Source: Minisyncoccota bacterium
GTDB lineage: Bacteria > Patescibacteriota > Minisyncoccia > Phycocordibacterales > GCA-2401445
DNA: 64,000 bases
NCBI GenBank assembly: GCA_040879725.1
Contig: JBBDJV010000020.1
Location: 9,086 to 73,085, forward strand
Reading direction: 5' to 3'
The notes under the pieces were generated by a model. That model was not told where the DNA came from. It made no database searches and worked only from the letters and a program-made list of their open reading frames with translations. Shown in pieces: positions 28,156 to 38,161 of the stretch (the first letter of the stretch is position 1; each line of letters opens with the position of its first letter). Made by a program: the position numbers and the translations under genes.

Positions 28156-29535
28156 TTATAATCTCTCAACAAACAGTTGTGCTAATCGCTTTCCCGCATT
28201 TCCATCAAACGGCTCGATAAAACGCTCCACTATTTTCTTTCTCCCTTCAGCGTGTAGTTCTGGAGTTTCCATATACGCGCATACCGCCTTTCCTAATTCT
28301 TCCTGTGCATACGCTACCACCACCCCTTCTTGTTGTACCAGTTCCTCAAAGTGCGTGTATAAATCATAAAACCTCCTTACTGACTCCCAGTAGTTTACTT
28401 GTTCATAAGGAGTACTACCATCAAACGCAATACATACTATCGGACGATTAAGCACCGCTCCGTCTATGGCGATAGTGGAAGCACCTGTCAGCACTACATC
28501 ACTATAGTACAAAATGGAAACCAAATCTTCATTCTGATTCTTCTTTGATTGAGCTTCTTGTGTATTTACATACTTGCCTTTAGTATCCATGACAACGTGC
28601 TGAAGTCCGTCTGCAACATCGTCATTAATCATGAACTTCGGATGTGCACGATAAAGCACCTGGACATCTGGACCAAAGTCGCCTCGTGATACCATTCCTT
28701 CAAAGACTTCTGGGAGTTCAGCCTCGTGCATAAAAAGAAACGTACCCATTGCACCATACGAAAGTATTTTCTTTGCTGAATCTAGGCCTTTTCGTTTACA
28801 AAACTCATCTCGTGACTCCTGTGGTTTAGTAAATCCAAATAGTGCATCGTAGTGTGGTACGCCAAATAGTTCAATAGGTACTGACTCAGGAATAACTTGT
28901 ACTCCCCGCGCCATTTCCTTTAAAAAGGAGTTCTGGAGGAATAGTTTGTCAGGAAGGACGCGAAGCAATCCATGACTTGAGAGGTTGTCCCAGCTACGCA
29001 CACATCCGTATATTGGTATCTTTTTCTGCTTACACGTCTTTGCTATCGGCACATCAAATTCAAAATTAGTAAGTGATAAAGAAAGCAATGCGTCCGGTTT
29101 GTACTTATCAATCAACAGTAAAGCGTTTGTGTCGGAAGAGGTCTTTAGAATACTTTTTCGCAGAAGGTTCTTGTACCACCCAAACTGAGCAAGGGTTTTA
29201 GTATGAACTCTCTTGATATACGTATCGAAAAAACTTGAATCTCCGCGTTTGTATGAACGCATTTTAGACCACAAGTTTGTATGAGTATCCAGTCCACTCC
29301 GCGCAAGAGACATAAGCAGAGACTCAATTTTGGTCGCTCTGGAACGAGTAAAACCTTCCACAGATACATGTGAATATTCTTTATACTTTTCTTGGAAAAA
29401 AGAAACCTTATCGGGCTGAACCAAAAGCACTACTCTGTCATTAACAGTGGCACCGAAGAAAACAGATGCGAAGTCCGTATCAAGTATATTTCGCGCAACA
29501 ATATCTTCCCCGATGGTAACGAAAAAAGTGCTCAT
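28156..29535 (-). CDS. GT-B fold, TagF-like putative glycosyl-/glycerophosphotransferase
   Basis: C-terminal SDVVLTGASTIAIDGAVLNRPIVCIAFD resembles the TagF/GT-B donor-binding region. The assignment is tentative. Confidence 0.35.
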   Translation of the reverse strand: MSTFFVTIGEDIVARNILDTDFASVFFGATVNDRVVLLVQPDKVSFFQEKYKEYSHVSVEGFTRSRATKIESLLMSLARSGLDTHTNLWSKMRSYKRGDSSFFDTYIKRVHTKTLAQFGWYKNLLRKSILKTSSDTNALLLIDKYKPDALLSLSLTNFEFDVPIAKTCKQKKIPIYGCVRSWDNLSSHGLLRVLPDKLFLQNSFLKEMARGVQVIPESVPIELFGVPHYDALFGFTKPQESRDEFCKRKGLDSAKKILSYGAMGTFLFMHEAELPEVFEGMVSRGDFGPDVQVLYRAHPKFMINDDVADGLQHVVMDTKGKYVNTQEAQSKKNQNEDLVSILYYSDVVLTGASTIAIDGAVLNRPIVCIAFDGSTPYEQVNYWESVRRFYDLYTHFEELVQQEGVVVAYAQEELGKAVCAYMETPELHAEGRKKIVERFIEPFDGNAGKRLAQLFVERL

Positions 29536-30281
29536 TATTTATCCAATGGTTTTTCTACAACACCCAATATAGATACACCAAACGGAATGGAAACTATTCT
29601 CACAATATACTTCTCAAATGCAATCATGTTTCGCAAAATTACATTTAGCCACCCTGGTATTGGTACGAAGTCGTCTTTCTGTGTCTTAGTAAGACGTTTT
29701 AATTTTCTAAATATAAAGAGTGGAAAGAGAAATAGTGGTTCTATGTAGGTAATTTGTTTTGTAGTAAAACCAGCTTTCTCTAGTTTCCTTTTTATTTCTG
29801 TTTTTGTATAGCGTCGATAGTGGCCATACTGGTCATCGTGATGTCCCCACATGAACATATACGCAGGCAAGCTAAATACCAACTGCCCTCCTGGTTTTAG
29901 CACTCGATACGCCTCCTGTATAGACACAGCGTCATCCGGAGTGTGCTCAATAATATCAAGTACAATTATCGTATCAAACGTATTGTCAGGAAATGGAATA
30001 TTCTCAATTCCCGAAAGCTGTAGTGTGTTGTACCCCTTTCCTTTGGCAAGAGTCATTGCTTCGGGAGAAAAATCTATACCGTCTACCGTACCATACGGTT
30101 TAAGCAAATCTATCAAGTTACCCGGGCCACACCCCGCATCAAGAATTCTGCGTTCACCCTTTTTTGTTTTCATGTGAGCGCCATGTCGACGCATCAGGTC
30201 TATCACGATTGCATACTTGCCTCCGAGCCACCAATAGTCTGCTCCAAGCTCACCATAGTGCTCCTGCTCTTGTTTAAACAT
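29535..30281 (-). CDS. Class I SAM-dependent methyltransferase
   Basis: ILDAGCGPG motif I and a Methyltransf_11-like layout. Confidence 0.7.
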   Translation of the reverse strand: MFKQEQEHYGELGADYWWLGGKYAIVIDLMRRHGAHMKTKKGERRILDAGCGPGNLIDLLKPYGTVDGIDFSPEAMTLAKGKGYNTLQLSGIENIPFPDNTFDTIIVLDIIEHTPDDAVSIQEAYRVLKPGGQLVFSLPAYMFMWGHHDDQYGHYRRYTKTEIKRKLEKAGFTTKQITYIEPLFLFPLFIFRKLKRLTKTQKDDFVPIPGWLNVILRNMIAFEKYIVRIVSIPFGVSILGVVEKPLDK

Positions 30282-30283
30282 AA

Positions 30284-31216
30284 TTAAAATCCTTTCTTTT
30301 TACTAATAATATACGTGGGGCGTTGTTTCGTTTCGTCATAAATACGTCGTATATACTCCCCCACAACCCCCAAAGCAAGCAGTTGCGCACCTCCAAGACA
30401 GAGAACAAATATCGCAATTGATGCAAAACCGGGTATATCTTTTTCACCGAACAACTTGAAGTATAGCACAACAAATATACCAATGAATGCGACAACTGAA
30501 AAAAGAAAGCCTAGCATTGTTACAAGTAGTAACGGCATATACGAAAATGAGAATATTCCATCGTAGGCAAGCTTGAAGAGTTTCCAGTATGAATACTTAC
30601 TCTGCCCAGCAAACCTCTCTTGCCGTTCATACCGAATACCTGTTTGTTTAAAACCGGACCATGCACGCAACCCTCGCACATATCGGTTTCTCTCAGGAAG
30701 ACCTCGCAATACATCCGCAACATTTCTACCAATAAGCGCAAAATCCCCAGCATCATGTGGAAGTGATACCTCTGGAGTCATTCGAGTTATAAGTCTATAA
30801 AAGAGATAATAACTCAAACGTTTTATGATTGATTCTTTACGAGTGCCTCGCACCGCATACACAACATCAAAACCTTCTTCATATTTTTTTATAAAATCTG
30901 GAATTAATTCAGGTGGGTCTTGCAAGTCTGCATCCATCACCAAAACAGCATCGCCGGTAGCATGGTCTATGCCAGCAGTAACAGCGGACTGGTGACCAAA
31001 ATTTCTTGAAAAGTGAACCGCCCTTAAAGAAGAATTTTTCTCCAGAGCACGATCAAGAAGTTCTGCTGTTTTATCGGTTGAACCGTCATTAATAAAAATA
31101 ACCTCATACTGATACTTTACCCCAGATAGTACTGTAGTAAGGCGCTCCAAAAGCTCACCGAAAGTTTCTTCTTCATTATAAAGCGGTACGACGACGGATA
31201 TAGTAGGCATATACAT
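30284..31216 (-). CDS. GT2 polyprenyl-phosphate sugar transferase (ArnC/GtrB/DPM1-like)
   Basis: VVVPLYNEE, DGSTD and DADLQDPPE motifs with two C-terminal TM helices. Confidence 0.75.
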   Translation of the reverse strand: MYMPTISVVVPLYNEEETFGELLERLTTVLSGVKYQYEVIFINDGSTDKTAELLDRALEKNSSLRAVHFSRNFGHQSAVTAGIDHATGDAVLVMDADLQDPPELIPDFIKKYEEGFDVVYAVRGTRKESIIKRLSYYLFYRLITRMTPEVSLPHDAGDFALIGRNVADVLRGLPERNRYVRGLRAWSGFKQTGIRYERQERFAGQSKYSYWKLFKLAYDGIFSFSYMPLLLVTMLGFLFSVVAFIGIFVVLYFKLFGEKDIPGFASIAIFVLCLGGAQLLALGVVGEYIRRIYDETKQRPTYIISKKKGF

Positions 31217-32585
31217 AAGAGAGCATAGCAGAGAAATAAAGGAACAACAATGGATTAAGCGTGTAGCGGTGCCGCGCTTCTACTCCCATAGTGGTCTGAA
31301 GTAGAGTCGCACAAAAATAAAGAGTCACGATGCATGCCATAAAAGTAAACTCGTGTTTTCTAAATAACCACATGCCGATAAACGCGCCAACAGAAATTAA
31401 CACCCAGAATATCTTTCCGAACAAAGCAAGTCCGACATAAGGGGTAAATACGTGCTTTCCCAAGGTTTTAAGAACCGCAACAGGACCTTCATTTGAGAGA
31501 ATAAGTGAGAATGAGAGACCTCTCTGTGGTGCGTCAATAAGCCCGTGATGCTTTAATATTTGATGGTAATTACCGGAGAAGAAAAATGTATTGAGTCCTA
31601 TTAGGTACGCAGTAGTATAGGGAACAGGGTTATTAAGTATTACTTCTTTTGATACTGTATTGTAATATTCATTGTTCTTCATACTCCGGCGGTCGTTTTT
31701 GTCAGGCAATCCTCCCTCGTAACGAGTACGAAGCTCTTCAAGTGACTCATCGTATCCTATTCCCTTCGCAACTGCGTTTGTAAATGTCGCGCCATAGGTA
31801 AAGAAATTATACGCCCCGGCAGAGACAAAATCTGCAACACCAAAAACATTTAAGTTTCGTGCTTGCCAGGGCATCATAGCAAACATCATAACCACCACAA
31901 CAAACAAAAGTGCGCCGGTACGGATCCAGACTATTTTCCCCCTCCAATAATCGCGAAGCGTGTACGCCACCAACAAAAGCACACCGAGATAAAGAGCAAC
32001 GGGGCGAATATACAAACTGATTCCGAGTAACACTGCACCTATTCCTAAGTGCATCCAGTGTGTCTTTTCCAGAAATGAGAAAATATAGAGTAACCCTACA
32101 AGAAGTAGTACTGTGGTTAAAATATCAGGGAGCAATACAACACTGTAATACGCCTGCATTGGTTCAAGTACAGTAAGAAGTCCCGCAAAGGTGCTTGTCA
32201 GTACTCCAAAGTGAAGGTATTTACGTGCCAAGAAAAACACAAGCACGCCCACAAGTGTCGAGAGTAGTATTTGTGGAATAGACGCAACCCACAGAGGAAT
32301 GCCAAAATACACAAACGGCATTAGGTATGCAGGATATCCAGGAGGTCGGTATGCATTAGGAAGTCCATCAAACTTATCGTAGATATACCCATCACCCTCA
32401 ACTACATTTTGAGCTAAATTTAAATATTGTGCAGTGTCACCCCAGATAAGAGTATTAGTTCCTCCATATACCAAAAGAGATACCAACAATATTAGGCGAA
32501 TCCCTATTCCTAAACCAAGAATAATTAAAATTGCCTTTTTATTTTCTGTATAAAATTCTTTAATCGAGCTAACAATTTTTTTCAT
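31176..32585 (-). CDS. GT-C family glycosyltransferase (ArnT/PMT-like, GT39/GT83-type)
   Basis: About 11 TM helices and an N-terminal loop with a D-x-D-like YIYDKFDG motif. It is paired with the ArnC-like GT2 upstream, in the manner of GtrB/GtrC. Confidence 0.55.
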   Translation of the reverse strand: MKKIVSSIKEFYTENKKAILIILGLGIGIRLILLVSLLVYGGTNTLIWGDTAQYLNLAQNVVEGDGYIYDKFDGLPNAYRPPGYPAYLMPFVYFGIPLWVASIPQILLSTLVGVLVFFLARKYLHFGVLTSTFAGLLTVLEPMQAYYSVVLLPDILTTVLLLVGLLYIFSFLEKTHWMHLGIGAVLLGISLYIRPVALYLGVLLLVAYTLRDYWRGKIVWIRTGALLFVVVVMMFAMMPWQARNLNVFGVADFVSAGAYNFFTYGATFTNAVAKGIGYDESLEELRTRYEGGLPDKNDRRSMKNNEYYNTVSKEVILNNPVPYTTAYLIGLNTFFFSGNYHQILKHHGLIDAPQRGLSFSLILSNEGPVAVLKTLGKHVFTPYVGLALFGKIFWVLISVGAFIGMWLFRKHEFTFMACIVTLYFCATLLQTTMGVEARHRYTLNPLLFLYFSAMLSYVYAYYIRRRTAL

Positions 32586-32603
32586 ACCAAAGGATTTTTT
32601 GTT

Positions 32604-33302
32604 CTATCTTTTTCTCAATATAAACAGAACAGATCTTCCGAAGAATTTATTATTTGGTAAAAATCGATGCAAAAAAGAAAATTTTCCATATCCTAATTCA
32701 GGATCCATAAACCTGAGACCTTCTACCGAAAAATATTTCTTAATGGCATTTCTCATTAGTGCGTTATGTAAAAAAGTAATGTGATCATTACCTTCTAAAA
32801 AACGATAATATTCACCGTTTTTGAAAAAAGAAAATTTATTATATATATGATAAGGATTAGGAGTAGTAAATATCATTACCCCATCTTGCTTGAGAACTCT
32901 ATGACACTCTCTGAAAAAATGAAAAATATTTTCAAGATGCTCTATCACCTCCACAGAAGTAATTGCGTCTACTGAAGCATCTGGAAATGGAAACATATCC
33001 TTACTAAAATCAAACTCACTAAAACCCTCTTTTGGTTCTCCAACAGAGAGATATCGACTGATATCAGCCCCCATTGTATGGTTAAATCCAAGTGAATGTA
33101 GTAAATTAAAAATCTTTCCATTTGCTGAACCAAGGTCAAGAATATTCCTATCAGAAGAGAAAAAGGTTTTAAGAGTATCGCTAAACACGCTATGTTCTAG
33201 TATTTTAGTTGATGTACTTTTATACTTCTCAAAAATCTCCTGAGAGTGATCTTTCATTTCAGAAGGCGAAAAATACGGTATTGCTTTACTTTTTTTCTCC
33301 AT
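32604..33302 (-). CDS. Class I SAM-dependent methyltransferase
   Basis: ILDLGSANG motif I, an acidic motif II and VMIFTTPNP. Confidence 0.65.
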   Translation of the reverse strand: MEKKSKAIPYFSPSEMKDHSQEIFEKYKSTSTKILEHSVFSDTLKTFFSSDRNILDLGSANGKIFNLLHSLGFNHTMGADISRYLSVGEPKEGFSEFDFSKDMFPFPDASVDAITSVEVIEHLENIFHFFRECHRVLKQDGVMIFTTPNPYHIYNKFSFFKNGEYYRFLEGNDHITFLHNALMRNAIKKYFSVEGLRFMDPELGYGKFSFLHRFLPNNKFFGRSVLFILRKR

Positions 33303-33319
33303 ATGATTTAGGTTATGTC

Positions 33320-34678
33320 TTACTTATTCAAATAACCAATCAATTTTATCTTAATTCTATCGAGAATGACAGCATCCTCAGTGTCAAATTCAAAAAACCT
33401 TCTTATTCTTATTGAAAAACCAGGAAGTACCCTTTTCAACGCTCGATATCTCTCAAAAACAAATATCATTGTAGTAAGGAAAAATTCATACGCAACTCCC
33501 ATAATTCCAAAATAAAATAGTGAAACTGGAAGAAGTAGCAAAATCATGACAGTCTTAACAGAAATAGCCCAAAAGAGGCTTTTTTGAGCTTGTAGCGCGG
33601 CAAACATAGGAGTAAACACTGTGGCAAAGCCGAGAGATATAACCACAGGTAACATTGCTCTAAAAAGCGGAAGAGACTCCAGATAATTTGGAAACATCCA
33701 CGCTACAATAGGAACAAAGATAAAATACGCGACAATCGCCGTACAAACAAATGCGAATACTTGGTACTTAATTGCTTTCGTAGCAATACGAGCAAATCGT
33801 TCTTTGTCGTTTACATGTTGCGGTAAAATAGGACCTAACACCGAAGAAAGATTTACAAGAGACACAGTGTGCTGAAGTAAGCCGTTTGCAACAGCAAATA
33901 TCCCCACTGCCTCAGTACCAAGCATAACTTTTATAATCCATAGACGAATATTTTGCCCGAGACTATTGAAGTATGTTGCAAAAATACCCCACTTACCGTG
34001 ATCATAGAAAAGTGACCATGGAGCTTTTTTATTAACGAGTGTTACTGACCTAAAATAGCGCGTACATTTGAGCAGTGACAGTGCCATCGGTATCATTACC
34101 AAAAACTGTGACAATACCACTGACCAAATAACCGCAGAAACACGCAGTCCTACGAGATACAGTAATACCCATATTACAACCAACTTAAATATTTCTTCGA
34201 GCACTGAATACAGGGACCTATGAAAAAACTTTAGTTCAACACTGAACGCCACCATAAACAAACTACGAAACGGAGAAATAAGAAATGCAAAAGAAACTAT
34301 TTTAAAAAGCCCTCCAGCGTGCTCACTGAAATAATGCGCAATAATATCTGAGCCAAAAAACACAATCGCCCACGCTACAAAACCGAGTGAAATCTGAAGC
34401 AAAAAGAAATTAACAAACAGCTCTTTCATTGCTCGCAAATCCCTTTTTGCTTTCGCTATGCCCATGTCAGCTATAACAATCGGGCTTAAACCTGGGATTG
34501 AGAAGATACTCATTATACCCAAAATAGAAAGTACCAACTCCGCCAAACCATACTCATAGACATTGAGCTTGCGAAGCATGATAAAAATGGTTGCGAGTCC
34601 CACAACTTTTAATACAAGCGTACTCCCGCTAGTCCACGCCGTACCAACTCCTATTGTTCTTTTTAATGTTTCCGCCAC
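33320..34678 (-). CDS. Wzx-type oligosaccharide flippase (MOP superfamily polysaccharide biosynthesis protein)
   Basis: 452 aa with about 12-14 TM helices and a polysaccharide-biosynthesis-protein layout. Confidence 0.65.
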   Translation of the reverse strand: MAETLKRTIGVGTAWTSGSTLVLKVVGLATIFIMLRKLNVYEYGLAELVLSILGIMSIFSIPGLSPIVIADMGIAKAKRDLRAMKELFVNFFLLQISLGFVAWAIVFFGSDIIAHYFSEHAGGLFKIVSFAFLISPFRSLFMVAFSVELKFFHRSLYSVLEEIFKLVVIWVLLYLVGLRVSAVIWSVVLSQFLVMIPMALSLLKCTRYFRSVTLVNKKAPWSLFYDHGKWGIFATYFNSLGQNIRLWIIKVMLGTEAVGIFAVANGLLQHTVSLVNLSSVLGPILPQHVNDKERFARIATKAIKYQVFAFVCTAIVAYFIFVPIVAWMFPNYLESLPLFRAMLPVVISLGFATVFTPMFAALQAQKSLFWAISVKTVMILLLLPVSLFYFGIMGVAYEFFLTTMIFVFERYRALKRVLPGFSIRIRRFFEFDTEDAVILDRIKIKLIGYLNK

Positions 34679-34713
34679 GCTGTTGAGTATATACTATGCT
34701 AATGAAAAAAATA

Positions 34714-35580
34714 CTAGAATTCACTATTCTTAGCATGAATCATGAAATGACTGATCTTTGGTACGGAAGAATAGTATACACTCGAGTCGTTAGTATACAT
34801 ACTGAATCTAAATTTACTTTTTTCAAATATAGATACTATGGAAGATAAATTATTCTTTAGGTTTTTTTCATTATAATGATACTCAAATATAATAGTATTA
34901 ATTGAACCAATCTTTTTTGTTGAGTACAGATGTTCAATAACCACCCCTTCTGACCCTTCAATATCTATCTTCAGTACAGAAACTCTCCGAGTGATAAATG
35001 TGTCTAATGTAACTACAGGAACGGTAACTTCTCTATAATTCGCCATATGTTTTGATTCATATACCTCCCTTTCTCCAGTAGAACCTCCGGGGTAGAGTGT
35101 GTTCTCCCAAAATTTCATCACTCCTTCTCTACTCCCAACAGCAGACTCGACAATTCTTACTCCTGTAAGAGTATTATCAGAGACGTTCTTCTTAAGGTAA
35201 GATACATTCATTGGAGAAGGCTCGAACACAACAACCTCTGCATTAGGATAGAAATACTTCCAATATAAGACAGTAACCCCAACATTTCCTCCGCAATCAA
35301 TGATGAAAGGGGTTTTTTCATCAAGAGAAACCATATAGTCCTCGTAAATGAATACTTCCCTTATTATTGTTATAACGTTATTAATTGATGGTGCAGAGAT
35401 AACAAAACCAAGAAATGAAATTTCCTTTCTGCCCCAACGAGCCTGTATCTTTATCCATAGGTAAGAAAATAGTAATCTTATTCTATATGAAAGAGGATGA
35501 CGTTGGCCTATTATACGAATACTATCATCGAGAAATCTTAACATTTGCCGTAAATAACAATTTCTTGCAGTAATGTGCAA
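34714..35580 (-). CDS. FkbM-family methyltransferase
   Basis: IDCGGNVG and LKIDIEGSE motifs. Confidence 0.7.
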   Translation of the reverse strand: MHITARNCYLRQMLRFLDDSIRIIGQRHPLSYRIRLLFSYLWIKIQARWGRKEISFLGFVISAPSINNVITIIREVFIYEDYMVSLDEKTPFIIDCGGNVGVTVLYWKYFYPNAEVVVFEPSPMNVSYLKKNVSDNTLTGVRIVESAVGSREGVMKFWENTLYPGGSTGEREVYESKHMANYREVTVPVVTLDTFITRRVSVLKIDIEGSEGVVIEHLYSTKKIGSINTIIFEYHYNEKNLKNNLSSIVSIFEKSKFRFSMYTNDSSVYYSSVPKISHFMIHAKNSEF

Positions 35581-35652
35581 GAATCACTGAAACTATAAAC
35601 ATCAACATTATATCCCTTTGTTTACTATAAGTAAAAGCACCCTCATACTTAA

Positions 35653-36798
35653 TCAGGCAAACAAAAAAGAAAGTACTTTCTTCGCTCTTTCCTCCCAATC
35701 AAACTGCAAGGAGTGCTGTAATGCATTACGCGCCCTTATTTCCGCCTCCTCTCTATGAGAAAGTACGTAGGTAATTACATTCCTAAATGAATCCGGGTCA
35801 TCTGGGTGAGCAAAAAACACATCCTCTTCAGTTACTACCTCTTCGATAGAAGGAATGCGTGAAGCTATAACCGGCGTTCCACTTGCTATATATTCAAACA
35901 ACTTCATAGGAGAAGTATAGTGGGTGGAAATCTTTTCTTTCGCGGTATTTGGTAATACCAGAACATCACAAGCTTTCTGCCAAAGTGGCATACTATCGTG
36001 AGGTTGATGCCCTACAAAATGAATATTTTTGTATGAGGAAAAATTACTCTGATATTCCGACACATCCTCAGGGGTTCCTCCTACAAAATATCCGAGTACT
36101 GACGGTGTGGCAGTCAGAGCTTGTGCAAGAGTAGCTACTCCCTTCCATGAATACAAATGTCCTGTGTAGCACACAATGTTAGTATCGAGCGGAAGATTAA
36201 GTTTCTTTCGTGCTTCAGTGCGAGAAAGTACCGTGGTGTATTTCTCCCTATGAACACCATTTCGAACAAGGTGAACATGTTCTCTCTTAACACCAAATTT
36301 ATTTACAAGCTCATCTCGTTTCCATTCAGTGATAATGAGTACATGACGCACACGCAACAATACTTGCGTATAAAACCATTTTTTATTTTCTGGAAAATCG
36401 TGCACTTGGTACAACGTATTTTCTCTAAAGAAAGTCGCAAGTAGTATTGGTAGTGATTCGTTGGAGTAGATAACATCATTCTCTTTCGATTCCTTAAGAA
36501 GATAAAGTAGTGTAAAAAAACTAAACACCACAAAACTAATATGAAATGCAATTTTTTTCATGAACGGAACCTTGAACACATCAAGAGTTGGAAGGTACAC
36601 CACCTTAAAATTTTGAGGAACGGCGTAGTACTCTGTAATACTCTTTTCAGAACGACCTAGCCTACGAGGCGCAATGAGTACTACATCGCATCCGTGTTTT
36701 GCAAATGAGTGAGCTTCCTCCACAGCAAACAATGAACCCGCCTTCTCTGAAGGTAGTCTACCGTGAAATATCATGAATATACGTTTTTTATTCACCAT
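35653..36798 (-). CDS. GT4 glycosyltransferase
   Basis: C-terminal GT-B E-x7-E region (VLPNTAKEKISTHYTSPMKLFEYIASGTPVIAS). Start chosen at MVNKKR; the longer track ORF would overlap the upstream gene. Confidence 0.7.
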   Translation of the reverse strand: MVNKKRIFMIFHGRLPSEKAGSLFAVEEAHSFAKHGCDVVLIAPRRLGRSEKSITEYYAVPQNFKVVYLPTLDVFKVPFMKKIAFHISFVVFSFFTLLYLLKESKENDVIYSNESLPILLATFFRENTLYQVHDFPENKKWFYTQVLLRVRHVLIITEWKRDELVNKFGVKREHVHLVRNGVHREKYTTVLSRTEARKKLNLPLDTNIVCYTGHLYSWKGVATLAQALTATPSVLGYFVGGTPEDVSEYQSNFSSYKNIHFVGHQPHDSMPLWQKACDVLVLPNTAKEKISTHYTSPMKLFEYIASGTPVIASRIPSIEEVVTEEDVFFAHPDDPDSFRNVITYVLSHREEAEIRARNALQHSLQFDWEERAKKVLSFLFA

Positions 36799-37603
36799 CA
36801 ATAAGCAGTCTACCGTATCGTTTGCTTGTATGCCAGATAAGAACACAAGGAACATACAAACGGAACAATTCGTACTTAAGGGGAACATGAAATGCAAAAG
36901 GGTGAAATATGCGAGCAAGTAGAGGTTTAAGGATTCCTTTTACTATACGGACCACATTACCCACTATCACTCGATAGAAAAAGAGAAAAGGATTCCGCGA
37001 GCTCCATTTGCGGGCGAGTATTGGAAAACGAGCCTGTACCTTTCCTTTGTACACATGCCATGACAATTGTGAATCAAGTGGAACAAGCCACGGTGCATGA
37101 ATAATTCCAACTCTGTCTTTAGGTACTTCAAAGGATAACTTCTCATGCATCGGCTTTATAAAACGTGCACCTGTTTTCTTAATATTACAAAGTCTCACCT
37201 GATATACCGGTTTTAATTGGTAATACTCTCGCAGAGTTTCAGGATGCACTAGTGCATACCGTACACGGTATGCATCACAATGTTGCTGTGTCACCGCTGT
37301 TCGTGTTTCTTGCACTAATTCAGGCGTTGCCACCTCATCTGAATCTATGTAGAAAAACCAATCTTCATGTGCTGAATCAAGTAATATATTTCGTTCACGA
37401 GAAAAATTACTGATTGGATGCCCTGGGTTGCTCTGTGTTAGCACGCGCGCGCCGTAGGCGCGCGCTATAGCAAGTGTCCCATCACTACTCCCACCGTCCG
37501 CCACAACAATGTCGCTAAACTCTTTGACACTTTCAAGACACCGCGCAAGCGTTTGTTCTGAATTGTACGTCAATATTCCTATAGTACAGGGTATTTTTTC
37601 CAT
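36788..37603 (-). CDS. GT2 glycosyltransferase
   Basis: GILTYNSE, ADGGSSDGT and DSDE motifs. Confidence 0.7.
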   Translation of the reverse strand: MEKIPCTIGILTYNSEQTLARCLESVKEFSDIVVADGGSSDGTLAIARAYGARVLTQSNPGHPISNFSRERNILLDSAHEDWFFYIDSDEVATPELVQETRTAVTQQHCDAYRVRYALVHPETLREYYQLKPVYQVRLCNIKKTGARFIKPMHEKLSFEVPKDRVGIIHAPWLVPLDSQLSWHVYKGKVQARFPILARKWSSRNPFLFFYRVIVGNVVRIVKGILKPLLARIFHPFAFHVPLKYELFRLYVPCVLIWHTSKRYGRLLIDGE

Positions 37604-37604
37604 A

Positions 37605-38159
37605 TTATTTCTGTGCGAATTGCTTCCAATTTTTCACATATGTAAGTGCTGACTGGTACCCAAGTGCTAAGTGTGGATTATCACGCACATAATAATGCTT
37701 AAATAGCCCCTTATTATATAGTGATTGGACAGTAAACTTTGGATCATTCACTGCAACTATTATTTTTTTAGGTTTAAGTTCCTTTCTCAAATCTAGAATT
37801 CCATGAGAAAAATATGGACTATAAACAAGTGCCACATCGCCTCTTTTCCAATCCTCTACAATACCCTTCTTTATCAATTTAATAATTCCACTTGTATCAA
37901 TAGGCAAGTTGTAAAAACAAACATAGCGGTAAAATGATTCAGCTTCAAAGAAACGTTCAGTTACGCCAGTAGCATTCTGATGTGCATCAAAAATATCACA
38001 AAGCCACATAGTGCCTGAACGAGCAACAAGAGTACCTAGAATGAGCGTTTTGCCGTTCTGCAATCCTCTTTCATACTCATCATCAACCCTATCTAATTCA
38101 TCAGCGGTATACTTATGGCGCGAATCCCACGATAAGCAAAGTTTTCCAATTTTTCTCAT
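37605..38159 (-). CDS. Sulfotransferase-like protein (tentative)
   Basis: ILGTLVARSGTMWL resembles the 5'-PSB loop (PKSGTTW/RSGTxxL) of PAPS-dependent sulfotransferases. At 184 aa it is short for the family. Confidence 0.3.
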   Translation of the reverse strand: MRKIGKLCLSWDSRHKYTADELDRVDDEYERGLQNGKTLILGTLVARSGTMWLCDIFDAHQNATGVTERFFEAESFYRYVCFYNLPIDTSGIIKLIKKGIVEDWKRGDVALVYSPYFSHGILDLRKELKPKKIIVAVNDPKFTVQSLYNKGLFKHYYVRDNPHLALGYQSALTYVKNWKQFAQK

Positions 38160-38161
38160 AT

